A stretch of DNA of 64,000 nt from Ginsengibacter sp. (GTDB lineage: Bacteria; Bacteroidota; Bacteroidia; Chitinophagales; Chitinophagaceae). How positions within the stretch are numbered: position 1 is the stretch's first letter; each line of letters opens with the position of its first letter. The notes below the pieces were generated by a model. It was not told the DNA's origin, ran no database searches, and worked only from the letters and a program-made list of their open reading frames with translations. Both the position numbers and the translations under genes were made by a program. This document shows positions 29,549 to 40,170 of the stretch, one piece after another. Location: assembly GCA_039933035.1 (NCBI GenBank), contig JBDTOV010000002.1:12329-76328 (forward strand), read 5' to 3'.

Positions 29549-29854
29549 TTTTTTTGTATTCGTTGCAAATATAAAATAACACCCATGAGATTCAAGGAAG
29601 AAAAACTAAAAGCCAACATTATAAGTGCCGATAACATAATTATTTTGTAAAAACCCTCTAAAAGGACGCATAAATCAATAATATTTTTCTTTTTTTCCAA
29701 AATTGGCGTATTATTGCATTTGAAAGCTGACTGGTACCTCTTTGCTACAGTCTCATCGGTATTAGTTTTAATAGAATCCATTCCATAATAAATCATCAAA
29801 ATTTAGATCTTACAATTTTCAGGTTCGTTTGATTATTAATCTACACGTCTCCTT

Positions 29855-31495
29855 ATGTATGACATTTTACAACTGAACGATATGCTCGTTCCGGAGTTGC
29901 TCGATATAGCAGAGCAACAAAGTATTTCCAACGCTAACACATTAGAAAAACAGGAATTAATTTATAAAATTCTTGATAAACAAGCAGTAATGAATAACAC
30001 TGAAAAAAAAGAGGCTGAAGCCGAAAAACCTAAACGTAAACGTATTAGCAAAACTGTGGTAGAAGAAGCACCTAAAGACGTTCCTGTTGCCAAGGAAATG
30101 GCCATTGCTGATGAGCCGCCAAAAGAGGTAAAGCATAAAAAAACCGAGGATAAGAAAAAGCCCGTCAAAAAACAAAAAGAGGACGGGCCGGTGGAAGTTC
30201 AAGAGCACAAACACAAAATACCTGTGGAACTCTCCGATCCCAAATCCATTGCGCCGGGGCTGGTTGAATTGTTAAATGATGAAAATGATGAAGATGACCT
30301 GGAATCAGCGTCTAATAATGGATACACTGCCCAGCAGAAACCAATTCAACATAAAAAAGAATCTGCATTCAATATTGAATTTGACGGCGTTATCCTGGCT
30401 GAAGGCGTTTTAGAAATGATGCCGGATGGATATGGCTTTTTAAGAAGTAGTGATTATAATTATCTTTCCTCGCCGGATGATATTTATGTTTCTCCCTCTC
30501 AAATAAAATTGTTTGGATTGAAAACAGGTGATACCGTGTATGGTTCTGTTCGCCCTCCAAAAGAAGGTGAGAAATACTTTGCTTTACTTAAAGTAGAAAC
30601 TATTAATGGCAAAGGACCTGACGAAGTTCGTGACCGTGTGCCATTTGATTACCTTACGCCTCTCTTTCCCTTTGAGAAATTGAATTTATTTCTAACACCA
30701 AATAATCTTTCTACAAGAATCATAGATTTATTTACGCCAATAGGAAAAGGACAAAGAGGGCTCATTGTAGCCCAGCCTAAAACGGGTAAAACAATGTTGC
30801 TGAAAGAAATTGCCAATGCAATTGCGGCAAATCATCCCGAGTGCTACTTAATGATAGTATTGGTTGACGAAAGGCCCGAGGAAGTTACTGATATGGAACG
30901 CAGCGTAAAAGCCGAAGTAATTGCGTCCACTTTTGATGAACCAGCTGAAAAACATGTGAAAGTTAGTACCATGGCCTTACAAAAAGCCAAGCGACTTGTA
31001 GAATGTGGACATGATGTGGTTATATTACTGGATAGTATTACCCGGCTGGCACGAGCCCATAATACGGTGGCGCCGGCAAGTGGAAAAGTTTTGTCAGGTG
31101 GAGTGGAGGCAAACGCAATGCAAAAGCCAAAACAATTTTTCGGCGCGGCCCGTAAAATTGAATTTGGAGGTTCACTTACTATAATAGCTACAGCATTGGT
31201 TGATACCGGAAGCAAAATGGACGAAGTTATTTTTGAAGAATTTAAAGGAACCGGCAACATGGAACTTCAACTCGACCGCAGGTTGTCGAATCGCAGGATT
31301 TTCCCTGCAATTGATATAGTTGCATCTTCAACAAGACGCGATGATCTCTTACTTGATAAAGATGTACTCCAGCGTATGTGGGTTTTACGCAATCATATGG
31401 CAGATATGAACCCGGAAGAAGCTATTAATATTTTAATGAAAAACATGAAAGGCACAAAAGATAATATGGAATTCCTTACGTCCATGAACGGATAA
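29855..31495 (+). CDS. rho: Transcription termination factor Rho with Lys/Glu-rich N-terminal insertion
   Basis: 546 aa. Rho_N helix bundle, about 125 aa of low-complexity K/E/P-rich insert, cold-shock-like RNA-binding domain (GYGFLR), Walker [10 protein letters not shown]. Confidence 0.95.
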   Translation: MYDILQLNDMLVPELLDIAEQQSISNANTLEKQELIYKILDKQAVMNNTEKKEAEAEKPKRKRISKTVVEEAPKDVPVAKEMAIADEPPKEVKHKKTEDKKKPVKKQKEDGPVEVQEHKHKIPVELSDPKSIAPGLVELLNDENDEDDLESASNNGYTAQQKPIQHKKESAFNIEFDGVILAEGVLEMMPDGYGFLRSSDYNYLSSPDDIYVSPSQIKLFGLKTGDTVYGSVRPPKEGEKYFALLKVETINGKGPDEVRDRVPFDYLTPLFPFEKLNLFLTPNNLSTRIIDLFTPIGKGQRGLIVAQPKTGKTMLLKEIANAIAANHPECYLMIVLVDERPEEVTDMERSVKAEVIASTFDEPAEKHVKVSTMALQKAKRLVECGHDVVILLDSITRLARAHNTVAPASGKVLSGGVEANAMQKPKQFFGAARKIEFGGSLTIIATALVDTGSKMDEVIFEEFKGTGNMELQLDRRLSNRRIFPAIDIVASSTRRDDLLLDKDVLQRMWVLRNHMADMNPEEAINILMKNMKGTKDNMEFLTSMNG

Positions 31496-31528
31496 AAACC
31501 ACCTGGAAATCACCTAAATTTAAACCAA

Positions 31529-31789
31529 ATGAAAAAACAAATTCTCCCCATTGTTGCTGTGACGTGCCTCTTATTTTTTACAGCTTGTGCTGACTCAACT
31601 ACAACGGATGCTAACACTGGCTCAAGCCCAACGAATGTTGAAAAGGTAGATACTGTCAAAAAAACAACTATATCGGTTGGTCCTGACGGAGTTGATGTCA
31701 AAACTAAGAATACCGATGTAAAGGTTAGTGGCGCCGGTGCCGCTGTGGGAACCAAAGAAGTGAAAGTGGATGTAAAATCCGGCAAATAA
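31529..31789 (+). CDS. Small Thr/Val/Lys-rich lipoprotein
   Basis: Signal peptide with lipobox FFTAC. Followed 20 nt later by a strong terminator. A fully overlapping antisense ORF is considered a shadow. Confidence 0.55.
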   Translation: MKKQILPIVAVTCLLFFTACADSTTTDANTGSSPTNVEKVDTVKKTTISVGPDGVDVKTKNTDVKVSGAGAAVGTKEVKVDVKSGK

Positions 31790-31806
31790 TTTTTGCAATT
31801 TTAATT

Positions 31807-31836
31807 AAAAAACCACCGCAATTACGGTGGTTTTTT
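31807..31836. terminator. Bidirectional rho-independent terminator
   Basis: AAAAAACCACCG-CAATTA-CGGTGGTTTTTT. GC-rich 6-bp core extended by an A-tract/T-tract. Confidence 0.8.
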
Positions 31837-31860
31837 AATTTTAAGAAAAAATTTCTTTTC

Positions 31861-32988
31861 ATGGCCGTTGAGCAAATTCATATTGAAAATTTTTTAAAAC
31901 TCTCCCGGCACTCGCCGGTATTGGACGTAAGAAGTCCGGGTGAATTTTTGCATGCCCATATTCCGGGAGCACAGGCGTTGCCCATATTTTCAGACGAGCA
32001 AAGGAAAATTATTGGAACGGCCTATAAACAGCAAAGCCGGCAGGTTGCGGTGCAAAAAGGGCTGGATTTTTTTTCTGAGCGGATGAAATTAATTCCAGGC
32101 GAAGTAGTGGAAATAATTAATAGAGGCCCAAAAAAAGGGACTAATAATACAGCCCTCATAAAGACCAACCAGGTATTGGTGCATTGCTGGAGGGGCGGAA
32201 TGCGAAGCGGCGCTGTTGCCTGGCTCCTGGATCTTTACGGCTTTAAAGTATTTATACTTAAAGGAGGATATAAAGCTTTTCGCAATTGGGCGCTGGCACA
32301 GTTTGAAAAGGAATATAAATTAAATGTGCTTGGCGGTTATACCGGTTCCGGAAAAACCGGCATGTTACAGGAATTAAAGCGAACCGGTAATAAGGTTATT
32401 GATCTTGAAAGGTTAGCTAACCATAAAGGGTCGGCGTTTGGTGCATTGGGCGAAGAATCCCAGCCAGGGCAGGAAATGTTCGAAAACCTGCTTGCGATGG
32501 AATTATTTAAGGCGTCACAAGTCGAAAATAATGATATAACTAACGTAGTACCTTATACGCAAATTGCCAGCCCCGGTATTTGGATTGAGGATGAAAGTCT
32601 TCACATAGGCACTGCGGGTATTCCGAAAACTTTATGGAAACAGATGCGAGAAAGTCCTTTATATTTCTTAGAGATTCCATTTGAAGAAAGGCTACATCAT
32701 ATTATTGCTACCTACGGTGTATTCAAGAAAAAAGACCTCGTGAATTCTATAATAAATATACAAAAAAGACTGGGCGGGCTGGAAACTAAAAATGCTGTTA
32801 ATTTCTTACTAGAAAATAAAACGAAAGAGTGTTTTACTATTTTACTGCATTACTATGACAGGCTTTATACAAAGAGCCTGGGCAACCGGGAAAGTATAGA
32901 AGGATTGTTAAATAAAATACCATGCGAAGGCGTTGATATAAAGAATGCTCAGAAAATTGTGAGTAAAAAGCCCGCAAAACCTGTTTAA
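31861..32988 (+). CDS. selU: tRNA 2-selenouridine synthase
   Basis: 375 aa. Rhodanese active-site loop HCWRGGMRS and P-loop GGYTGSGKT. Confidence 0.9.
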   Translation: MAVEQIHIENFLKLSRHSPVLDVRSPGEFLHAHIPGAQALPIFSDEQRKIIGTAYKQQSRQVAVQKGLDFFSERMKLIPGEVVEIINRGPKKGTNNTALIKTNQVLVHCWRGGMRSGAVAWLLDLYGFKVFILKGGYKAFRNWALAQFEKEYKLNVLGGYTGSGKTGMLQELKRTGNKVIDLERLANHKGSAFGALGEESQPGQEMFENLLAMELFKASQVENNDITNVVPYTQIASPGIWIEDESLHIGTAGIPKTLWKQMRESPLYFLEIPFEERLHHIIATYGVFKKKDLVNSIINIQKRLGGLETKNAVNFLLENKTKECFTILLHYYDRLYTKSLGNRESIEGLLNKIPCEGVDIKNAQKIVSKKPAKPV

Positions 32989-33087
32989 ATTCACATATTT
33001 ATATCTTTCTTCAAAAGAAAAAGAAAATACAGGAAACCCCAATAATCGTGAGATTGGAAAATTGGAGCGCTCCTAAAACTCTAATAA

Positions 33088-33470
33088 TATCAATTCCACA
33101 GCCCCGCAGCCAAAATCGTTTCGAGAAAAATTGAAACGATAAGAAGTGTAGAGGTGAACAGTAGCAACCTCATGGTAACGCTTTATGATAATGGTGAAGT
33201 TGACGGTGATACCGTAAGCGTATTATTAAATGGTAAAGTAATAATGCCTATGCAGGGTTTATCAACAAGAGCCATCAACAAAACTATTTACTTTGCACAG
33301 GGATTGGGGGATTCCGTTATATTATTATGTATGCAGAAAACCTTGGCAGCATTCCTCCGAACACAGGCTTGCTGGTGGTTCAGGATGGGAACGATATTTA
33401 TGAAATTCGATTTAGTGGTGCCCTGCAAAAAAATGCTGCCATAATTTTAAAAAAGAAAGGAAAGAAATAA
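33088..33470 (+). pseudogene. Frameshifted C-terminal remnant of a conserved Bacteroidota protein
   Basis: Frame A (33088-33444) reads ...LMVTLYDNGEVDGDTVSVLLNGKVIMP.... The natural continuation IIMYAENLGSIPPNTGLLVVQDGNDIYEIRFSGALQKNAAIILKKKGKK* is in the -1 frame, ending at 33470. The frame switch falls near the G5 run at 33306-33310. There is no plausible N-terminal part or start codon. Confidence 0.5.
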
Positions 33471-33491
33471 AAAACTTAATATCTTTTATAC

Positions 33492-34574
33492 ATGCCAGGT
33501 AGTCCAAAAAATTTAGATAATGTAAAACAGGTAAAACTTACTCAATATTCTCATGGGGCCGGATGTGGCTGTAAAATTTCTCCGATGGTTTTGGATAAAA
33601 TACTATACAGTAACCTTGTGCTTCCTGATAGCAAAAAATTAATAGTAGGCAATCATACTAAGGATGATGCAGCAGTGTACGACCTTGGCAACGGCAGCGC
33701 CCTGATTGCTACTACTGATTTTTTCATGCCCATAGTAGATGATCCATTTGATTTTGGCCGCATAGCTTCAGCTAACGCCATCAGTGATGTTTATGCTATG
33801 GGTGGTAAACCAATCCTCGCTATTGCGATTTTAGGATGGCCTATAAATATTATACTTCCGGAAATTGCCCAAAAAGTTATTGAAGGTGCCAGGACTACTT
33901 GCATGGAAGCCGGAATATCCCTCGCAGGGGGGCATAGTATTGACAGCCCGGAACCTATTTTTGGCCTGTCAGTAAATGGGTTGGTTGATGTTAAAAATAT
34001 AAAACAAAATAATACTGCTAAAGACGGAGATCTTCTTTTCTTAACCAAGCCGCTTGGAGTTGGCATTTTAACTACTGCGGAAAAGAAAGGTTTGTTGCAG
34101 GAAAAAGATATTGAAATAGCATCGAATCAAATGATGCAATTAAATAAAGCAGGAGAAGCCTTAGGTAAAATAGCTGGCGTACACGCTATGACTGATGTAA
34201 CGGGCTTTGGATTATTAGGCCATTTGGTTGAAATGGCAGAAGGGAGCGGATTAAGTGCTGTTATTGAATTTAAAAATGTTCCTTTAATAATTGATGATCT
34301 TAACAAATATGTTGATCAAAAATGTATACCCGGCGGAACTTACAGAAATTGGGACAGCTATGGTAGTAAAATTGGAAACATTACAGAATATCAGAAAGCT
34401 ATTTTGGCTGATCCGCAAACCAGCGGGGGATTATTAATTGCGGTAGATCCCCGGGCGGTTTCAGAAGTGAAGCAGTTATTAATTAAACAAGGCTTCAATA
34501 ATTTCACAAACCCGGTTGGGATACTTGTTGGTAAAGAAGGAAAAGTAATCAAAATAAAAAAAGATGAATTATAG
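33492..34574 (+). CDS. selD: Selenide, water dikinase (selenophosphate synthetase), Cys form
   Basis: 360 aa. N-terminal catalytic loop [11 protein letters not shown] with Cys codons and no TGA. AIR-synthase-like fold motifs. Confidence 0.93.
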   Translation: MPGSPKNLDNVKQVKLTQYSHGAGCGCKISPMVLDKILYSNLVLPDSKKLIVGNHTKDDAAVYDLGNGSALIATTDFFMPIVDDPFDFGRIASANAISDVYAMGGKPILAIAILGWPINIILPEIAQKVIEGARTTCMEAGISLAGGHSIDSPEPIFGLSVNGLVDVKNIKQNNTAKDGDLLFLTKPLGVGILTTAEKKGLLQEKDIEIASNQMMQLNKAGEALGKIAGVHAMTDVTGFGLLGHLVEMAEGSGLSAVIEFKNVPLIIDDLNKYVDQKCIPGGTYRNWDSYGSKIGNITEYQKAILADPQTSGGLLIAVDPRAVSEVKQLLIKQGFNNFTNPVGILVGKEGKVIKIKKDEL

Positions 34575-34815
34575 CGACTGGATAGGCAGTATTGGCGTAA
34601 CAATGTTGTTAGTTGCGTTTTTATTAATACTCCTTAATAAAATTTCAAAAAATGGAATAGCGTACCTCCTGATGAATTTAATTGGAAGCAGCCTTGCTGC
34701 AATCGCAGCGTGGCTTATTCATTACACGCCGTTCATAATTTTAGAAACTGCCTGGATGGTTGCTTCACTACTTGGAATATGGAAGCTTTATAAAAGTGAA
34801 TCCGGAGCCCAATAA
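34564..34815 (+). CDS. Small 3-TM membrane protein (possibly CBU_0592-like)
   Basis: 83 aa with three hydrophobic helices. Its ATG lies 11 nt inside the selD 3' end, which suggests translational coupling. Confidence 0.55.
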   Translation: MNYSDWIGSIGVTMLLVAFLLILLNKISKNGIAYLLMNLIGSSLAAIAAWLIHYTPFIILETAWMVASLLGIWKLYKSESGAQ

Positions 34816-34818
34816 TCT

Positions 34819-35046
34819 CTATAGCTTGTCAATTATTTTAGATAGCTTATGGTCTTTTTCTGTAACAATATCTCCGGCATCATGAGACGATAACCAGATT
34901 TCTATTTTATTATATTCGTTAGTCCATTTAGGATGATGGTCCATTTTTTCCGCCGCGAGTGCCACGCGTGTCATAAATGCAAAAGCCTCTGAAAAATCTT
35001 TGAATTCAAATTTTTTATAAAGCGTGTTATTTTGTTCCTGCCACAT
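34819..35046 (-). CDS. 4a-hydroxytetrahydrobiopterin (pterin-4a-carbinolamine) dehydratase
   Basis: 75 aa. Conserved FMTRVA...[10 protein letters not shown]...V.I.LSSHD pattern. Confidence 0.85.
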   Translation of the reverse strand: MWQEQNNTLYKKFEFKDFSEAFAFMTRVALAAEKMDHHPKWTNEYNKIEIWLSSHDAGDIVTEKDHKLSKIIDKL

Positions 35047-35063
35047 AATATTTTTTTTAAAAA

Positions 35064-35498
35064 TTAAAAAATAAGGTGTTGTTTGTTTTTTATTTTTTCA
35101 TTGGTCATTTCAGTGACCAGTTGTACTGATGGTATGGTTCTTATTGAACTCGTAAGTACACCCACTTCATCATCCTGCATAATGTCATCTTTTATGAGCC
35201 ATAAAAAATCAAGGTGCTTAAATTCGGGAAGTAAATATTCTCCATCATCTTCATTGTTGTAGAGATAATGCTTTATAGTTCCGGAATGTTCGCCATATTC
35301 ATAGATCGGGAAAAAATATTTCCGTTCTTTTTTATTTAACTCTATTTCTATATTATTGTTTATCCTGAAATCAAAATTCAATATTTGATTGAGATGCCAG
35401 CAAAACCGGTATTGTTCAATAGGGGCTACAATACCCAGCAGGCGCGTGTCTGCAAAAAACTCTTCAACCATTACATCATTGTCTATACGAAGTTTCAT
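35064..35498 (-). CDS. IPExxxVDY-family protein (Bacteroidota-specific, unknown function)
   Basis: 144 aa. [26 protein letters not shown] and later IP....V.. tail resemble this family. The assignment is from memory only. Confidence 0.5.
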   Translation of the reverse strand: MKLRIDNDVMVEEFFADTRLLGIVAPIEQYRFCWHLNQILNFDFRINNNIEIELNKKERKYFFPIYEYGEHSGTIKHYLYNNEDDGEYLLPEFKHLDFLWLIKDDIMQDDEVGVLTSSIRTIPSVQLVTEMTNEKIKNKQHLIF

Positions 35499-35529
35499 CA
35501 GATAGAAAAATATTTCCTAAGGTTTTTAA

Positions 35530-37161
35530 TCAAAAAACAATATCAAAAGTTAATTCATCTTTCCCTCTCACAACGGTTACTGTAGTGGCATCACCCTTTT
35601 TATATTTACTTAAAACATTCATATAAGCATTAATGTCAGAAAAAGAATTATTACCCAATTTTATAATGACGTCACCAGCATGGAGCCCCGCTTTTTGCGC
35701 TATTTTCCCATCTATTATTCCGTCTGCACGTATGCCGTTTCCGCTAAAAGTATAATCCGGCATAATGCCAAGGCTTACCGTAAATCTTTTTCCCTCCATC
35801 TTTGGTTCACGGGTTTTGGAAAAAGAAAGTTTGCCCATCTTATTGGTTTCTTCTATTACATGATACATATATTTTATCACCTGTAATTCTCCTGGGAAAT
35901 TGATTTTTTCTACATCATCACCGGGCTTATGATAATCCTGGTGTAAGCCGGTAAAGAAAAACAAAACAGGGATATTTTTCAGATAAAAAGAAGTATGGTC
36001 ACTAGGGCCGATACCGCTGGAATCAAATTTTACTTTTATATATTTTGTAGTTGCATCTAAAACATTTCCCCATGTGGGTGAAGTGCCGTAGCCCCCGATG
36101 GTTATAGAATGGGTACTGTCGTTTAATCTTCCAACCATATCAGCGTTTATCATGTAATTGACGGAAGTAATATCTATCGGGGGATGTTCGGTAAAATATT
36201 TTGAACCAAATAATCCAAGCTCTTCTCCCGAAAAACAAATAAATAGATAATTATTGTTTTTTAGCTTTGATTTTTGCAGCATGCGTGCCAGCTCAACAAC
36301 AGCGGCTGTACCGCTTGCATTATCATCCGCGCCGTTGTGAATAGCCGGAGGCCCGGTCCATAGAGAGTTCTGATCCTCTCCATACCCGAGGTGATCATAG
36401 TGCGCACCTATAATGATCGTATTAGCGGCTCCGTTGTTCATATATCCGATTACATTGTGCCCCATTCTTTTTTTGTCTCCAAGTGCTATGCTGAGTTTTA
36501 TTTCAAGGTTAGAAGCGTTATCACTTAAATATTTTTTAGCAGCATCTTTGGTAACAAATACAACCGGTATCTTAATATGGCCTGTTTTTTCTTTTCCTTC
36601 AAATCGTAGTTCATCTGCCTTTGTTCCGGTATTGTAAACTATAACCGCTGACGCTCCCTTTTCGGCAAAATCCACTGCTTTGTTTTTAATAGCTTCTTCG
36701 AGATCAAAATGGGGATTGACGTTATTTGTTTCAATAATTTCCTTTATATCCAGGAACCAGGGTAGATTTTTTTCAAGAAGAGCGGGAGAGGCATAAGCGT
36801 CCACAGAACCTTCCGCACTAAAAATAAAGGGAAAAAAATCCTTTTCTAATATGAGATCGTTGCTGTTGATGACCAAATGGGTTGAAGGCAGGATCTGTTT
36901 TCCTTCCTCTATTTCAAATCTTTGTATATAAGAATTACTGTCTCCTTTGGGAATTAACCCCGCAGATTTGAACTGACCTGATAGATATTCATACGCCAGC
37001 TTTTCGCCCGGAGTTCCGGTACGCCTGCCTTCCAGGCGGTCGCTTGCAAGAAAACCGACTTCTTCCTTAAGATTCCCTATAATATTTCTATCAGATCTCT
37101 TTAGCCTTTGGGCAGTAGCAAATTGTGTACAAAACAGTAAAACAAAGACTATGTTCTTCAT
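35530..37161 (-). CDS. M28-family aminopeptidase with PA and C-terminal PDZ domains
   Basis: Signal peptide. Zinc ligand motifs HYDHLGYG, GADDNASG and EELGLFGS. C-terminal PDZ-like GLHAGDVIIKLGN. Confidence 0.85.
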   Translation of the reverse strand: MKNIVFVLLFCTQFATAQRLKRSDRNIIGNLKEEVGFLASDRLEGRRTGTPGEKLAYEYLSGQFKSAGLIPKGDSNSYIQRFEIEEGKQILPSTHLVINSNDLILEKDFFPFIFSAEGSVDAYASPALLEKNLPWFLDIKEIIETNNVNPHFDLEEAIKNKAVDFAEKGASAVIVYNTGTKADELRFEGKEKTGHIKIPVVFVTKDAAKKYLSDNASNLEIKLSIALGDKKRMGHNVIGYMNNGAANTIIIGAHYDHLGYGEDQNSLWTGPPAIHNGADDNASGTAAVVELARMLQKSKLKNNNYLFICFSGEELGLFGSKYFTEHPPIDITSVNYMINADMVGRLNDSTHSITIGGYGTSPTWGNVLDATTKYIKVKFDSSGIGPSDHTSFYLKNIPVLFFFTGLHQDYHKPGDDVEKINFPGELQVIKYMYHVIEETNKMGKLSFSKTREPKMEGKRFTVSLGIMPDYTFSGNGIRADGIIDGKIAQKAGLHAGDVIIKLGNNSFSDINAYMNVLSKYKKGDATTVTVVRGKDELTFDIVF

Positions 37162-37305
37162 TCGGGATTTAAATTTTCAACGCAAATTTAGTATGAATAC
37201 TTCAGTGAAGTAAAAGATAAAAAAATTATGCATTCCATCTCTTTTCTTAATTCGTAAGTAACTCCTGTAAGTTCAATCTAAATTTACAGATTATTGTAAG
37301 CCATT

Positions 37306-39426
37306 TTGAATAGCCAGTTACATATTGCATTAGTAGGAAATCCCAACAGTGGTAAAAGTTCTTTGTTCAATTCCCTGACAGGCTTAAACCAAAAAGTAGG
37401 AAATTTTCCCGGGGTTACTGTTGATAAAAAAACAGGTACGAGCCAGATCTCTGAAAAGAGTTCTGCAAAAATAATTGATCTTCCAGGCACTTACAGTCTC
37501 TATCCGAAAAGAAATGACGAATGGGTTTCATACAAAGTATTGCTGGATGATGACCAGGGTATAAAGGCGGATATCATTGTATTAGTTGCTGATGCATCCA
37601 ACCTAAAAAGGAACCTGCTTTTTTGTTCGCAGATAATTGATCTGAAACGGCCTGTGGTAGTAGCGCTTACCATGATGGATATTGCGAAAAAAAATAATAT
37701 CCAGGTAGATATACCGGGTTTGGAAAGGGAATTAGGGGTGTTGGTCATACCGGTGAACCCGAGGAAGGATAAAGGGATTTTACAGCTAAAAAAAGCAATA
37801 GAACAAACCGCTGAAAATATGCGGCACGCGCCGGAGCGGGACTTTATTAACACACTCGGATTGGCGCCACAGTCCATTAAAGAAATACAAAAAATATTTC
37901 CCGGTATCAGCGATTACAGGGCAATACATTATTTAATTAACCACGAAAATTTTGCATTAGCGCCGCCGGTGCAGGTGGCTATCGAAAATATTGAAACGGC
38001 AACAAATTTTAATCCTTCAAAAGTGCAGGCTGAAGAAATTTTGCAACGCTATGGAAAAATAAAAACCATCATGCAGCAAACGGTGATAGAGGTGGATCCT
38101 TTGCAAAAAGTGTTATTTACCCAAAAGCTTGATGATATTTTGCTGCACCGCACCTGGGGTTACCTGATATTGATAACGGTTCTTTTTATATTGTTTCAAA
38201 GCATTTTTTTGTTGGCACAATTTCCCATGAATGGTATAGAATGGACTTTTGCAAAGGCAGGGGGATGGCTCGGAAATTTTTTACCGCACGGCTGGTTCAG
38301 TGATCTTTTTGTAAATGGCATAATTGCGGGATTAAGTGGCATATTGGTTTTTGTTCCCCAGATAATGATATTGTTTGGGCTGATTACGTTATTGGAAGAC
38401 ACGGGTTATATGGCCCGGATAAGCTTTTTAACAGATAGGGTCATGCGCAAAGCCGGGCTTAACGGAAAAAGTGTTATGCCAATGATAAGCGGCCTTGCCT
38501 GCGCCGTGCCCGCGATCATGAGCGCAAGAAGTATCGAAAATAAAAAGGAAAGGTTACTTACTATCATGTGTACTCCCCTGATGAGCTGTAGTGCCCGGCT
38601 TCCTGTTTATACAGTGCTTATTGCATTGGTAGTTCCCAACAAAATGTACTTCGGCCTTATTAGTTTGCAGGGAATGATCATGATGCTGATGTACCTGGTA
38701 GGGACGATTATGGCTTTGCTTTCCGCATATATAATGAAGTGGTTTATAAAAAGCAAAGAAAAAAGTTTTTTTATACTCGAACTGCCTGTATACAGGGAAC
38801 CCAGGTGGAAAAATATGTTCTATACGATGATCGAAAAGGCAAAGGTCTTTGTATTCCAGGCAGGTAAAGTAATTATGGTGATAAGCCTGTTACTTTGGGT
38901 TTTAAGTACCTATGGTCCTTCGGAAAAGATGGAGAAAGTTTCTGAAAAATATACTTTACTTAAACAACAGCAACCATCGAAGGCAAAAGAATTTGATAAA
39001 ATAAAAAGAACCGAGTTGCTTGAAAATTCTTTTGCAGGCATACTGGGGAAAGCGATTGAGCCTGTCATCAGGCCTTTGGGATATGACTGGAAGATTGGAA
39101 TTGCGTTAATTACTTCATTCGCTGCAAGAGAAGTTTTTGTGGGGACCATGGCAACATTGTATAGCGTTGGTGATGATAAAGATGAAAACAACGCAACCCT
39201 CCGGCAAAAAATGAACGCGGCGGTATGGCCAAATGGTGCCAAGGTTTATACCCTTGCTGCCGGATTGTCTCTTTTAATTTTTTATGTGCTGGCTATGCAA
39301 TGTATGAGTACACTGGCTATAGTAAAAAGGGAAACCCATAGCTGGAAATGGCCCATCATTATGTTGAGTTATATGACGGGGCTCGCTTATGTTATGAGTT
39401 TTATCACTTTTACTTTGTTTAAATAA
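37306..39426 (+). CDS. feoB: Ferrous iron transporter FeoB
   Basis: 706 aa with a TTG start. G-domain motifs GNPNSGKSSLFN and DLPGTYSL, followed by a polytopic membrane domain. No FeoA fusion or adjacent feoA. Confidence 0.93.
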   Translation: MNSQLHIALVGNPNSGKSSLFNSLTGLNQKVGNFPGVTVDKKTGTSQISEKSSAKIIDLPGTYSLYPKRNDEWVSYKVLLDDDQGIKADIIVLVADASNLKRNLLFCSQIIDLKRPVVVALTMMDIAKKNNIQVDIPGLERELGVLVIPVNPRKDKGILQLKKAIEQTAENMRHAPERDFINTLGLAPQSIKEIQKIFPGISDYRAIHYLINHENFALAPPVQVAIENIETATNFNPSKVQAEEILQRYGKIKTIMQQTVIEVDPLQKVLFTQKLDDILLHRTWGYLILITVLFILFQSIFLLAQFPMNGIEWTFAKAGGWLGNFLPHGWFSDLFVNGIIAGLSGILVFVPQIMILFGLITLLEDTGYMARISFLTDRVMRKAGLNGKSVMPMISGLACAVPAIMSARSIENKKERLLTIMCTPLMSCSARLPVYTVLIALVVPNKMYFGLISLQGMIMMLMYLVGTIMALLSAYIMKWFIKSKEKSFFILELPVYREPRWKNMFYTMIEKAKVFVFQAGKVIMVISLLLWVLSTYGPSEKMEKVSEKYTLLKQQQPSKAKEFDKIKRTELLENSFAGILGKAIEPVIRPLGYDWKIGIALITSFAAREVFVGTMATLYSVGDDKDENNATLRQKMNAAVWPNGAKVYTLAAGLSLLIFYVLAMQCMSTLAIVKRETHSWKWPIIMLSYMTGLAYVMSFITFTLFK

Positions 39427-39732
39427 AAAGCAAGTTACTGCTGTTTTGTTCCGGCCACGCATTGTAAAGAAACCCTCTTTGCATCTGGCAATTTTTTCAC
39501 TCCGGGGAGGTGCAACCTAAAAATTCCAAAATAGCTTTATCCGACTCTCCCTTAGTTATTTTAGATCCCGCCGTTTATCCCCTCCATTTACCATTTATAA
39601 TAAAGTAATATTTCCTACTTTATTTCTGTAATCAATGTAATCCAATACCAGTGGGGATTTCAGACATGGCGTGGTTAGTTTGTATAACGGCTACTTTAAA
39701 AAAACAGGTATTATGTATTGCATAGTATTATA

Positions 39733-39752
39733 AATACACTTACATTTGTATT
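39733..39752. promoter_or_regulatory. Inverted repeat AATACA-N8-TGTATT overlapping the padR -7 box (candidate PadR operator)
   Basis: The perfect 6-bp arms flank TACATTTG (39741-39748, TAnnTTTG), 50 nt upstream of the padR ATG. Confidence 0.35.
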
Positions 39753-39797
39753 GAAATAGAAATCGAAAGAACTTTCAACAGAAATAAAATTAATAAC

Positions 39798-40130
39798 ATG
39801 AACATAGATAATACTGCAAGCCAAATGCGAAAGGGGGTTTTGGAGTTTTGTATTTTATCTGTAATAAAACTTGGGGAAGCTTACCCAAGTGATATTATTG
39901 ACAAGATGAAAGCCGCTAACCTTAATATTTTGGAAGGAACCTTGTATCCGTTACTTACCCGGCTTAAGAACGCAGAATTTCTTACGTACAGGTGGGTGGA
40001 GAGCAACAGCGGCCCCCCACGAAAATATTTTTCGCTAACTGAGAAAGGCGCAGATTTTTATAAAGAACTCGAAAGTACCTGGCTGGAACTTGCCAATGCT
40101 GTGGAGGCAATAACGGGCAACAAAAATTAA
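39798..40130 (+). CDS. PadR-family transcriptional regulator
   Basis: 110 aa. Winged-helix signature LEGTLYPLLTRLKN...RKYFSLTEKG. Confidence 0.85.
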   Translation: MNIDNTASQMRKGVLEFCILSVIKLGEAYPSDIIDKMKAANLNILEGTLYPLLTRLKNAEFLTYRWVESNSGPPRKYFSLTEKGADFYKELESTWLELANAVEAITGNKN

Positions 40131-40170
40131 AACCTTAATCAACTTCAACAAACCAATAAATAGATTAGAC

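Noticed and set aside
31510-31785. 91-aa minus-strand ORF mirroring the small lipoprotein gene.
   Set aside because: The plus-strand ORF has a canonical lipoprotein signal peptide and a downstream terminator. The minus-strand ORF has neither.
33154-33444. ORF-track 96-aa CDS between selU and selD.
   Set aside because: Its second half (…ILLCMQKTLAAFLRTQACWWFRMG…) is out-of-frame translation. The conserved continuation is in the -1 frame, so it is treated as a pseudogene remnant rather than a CDS.
33492-33560. Possible selenocysteine (TGA) recoding in selD.
   Set aside because: The catalytic loop reads GAGCGCK with ordinary Cys codons. There is no in-frame TGA.
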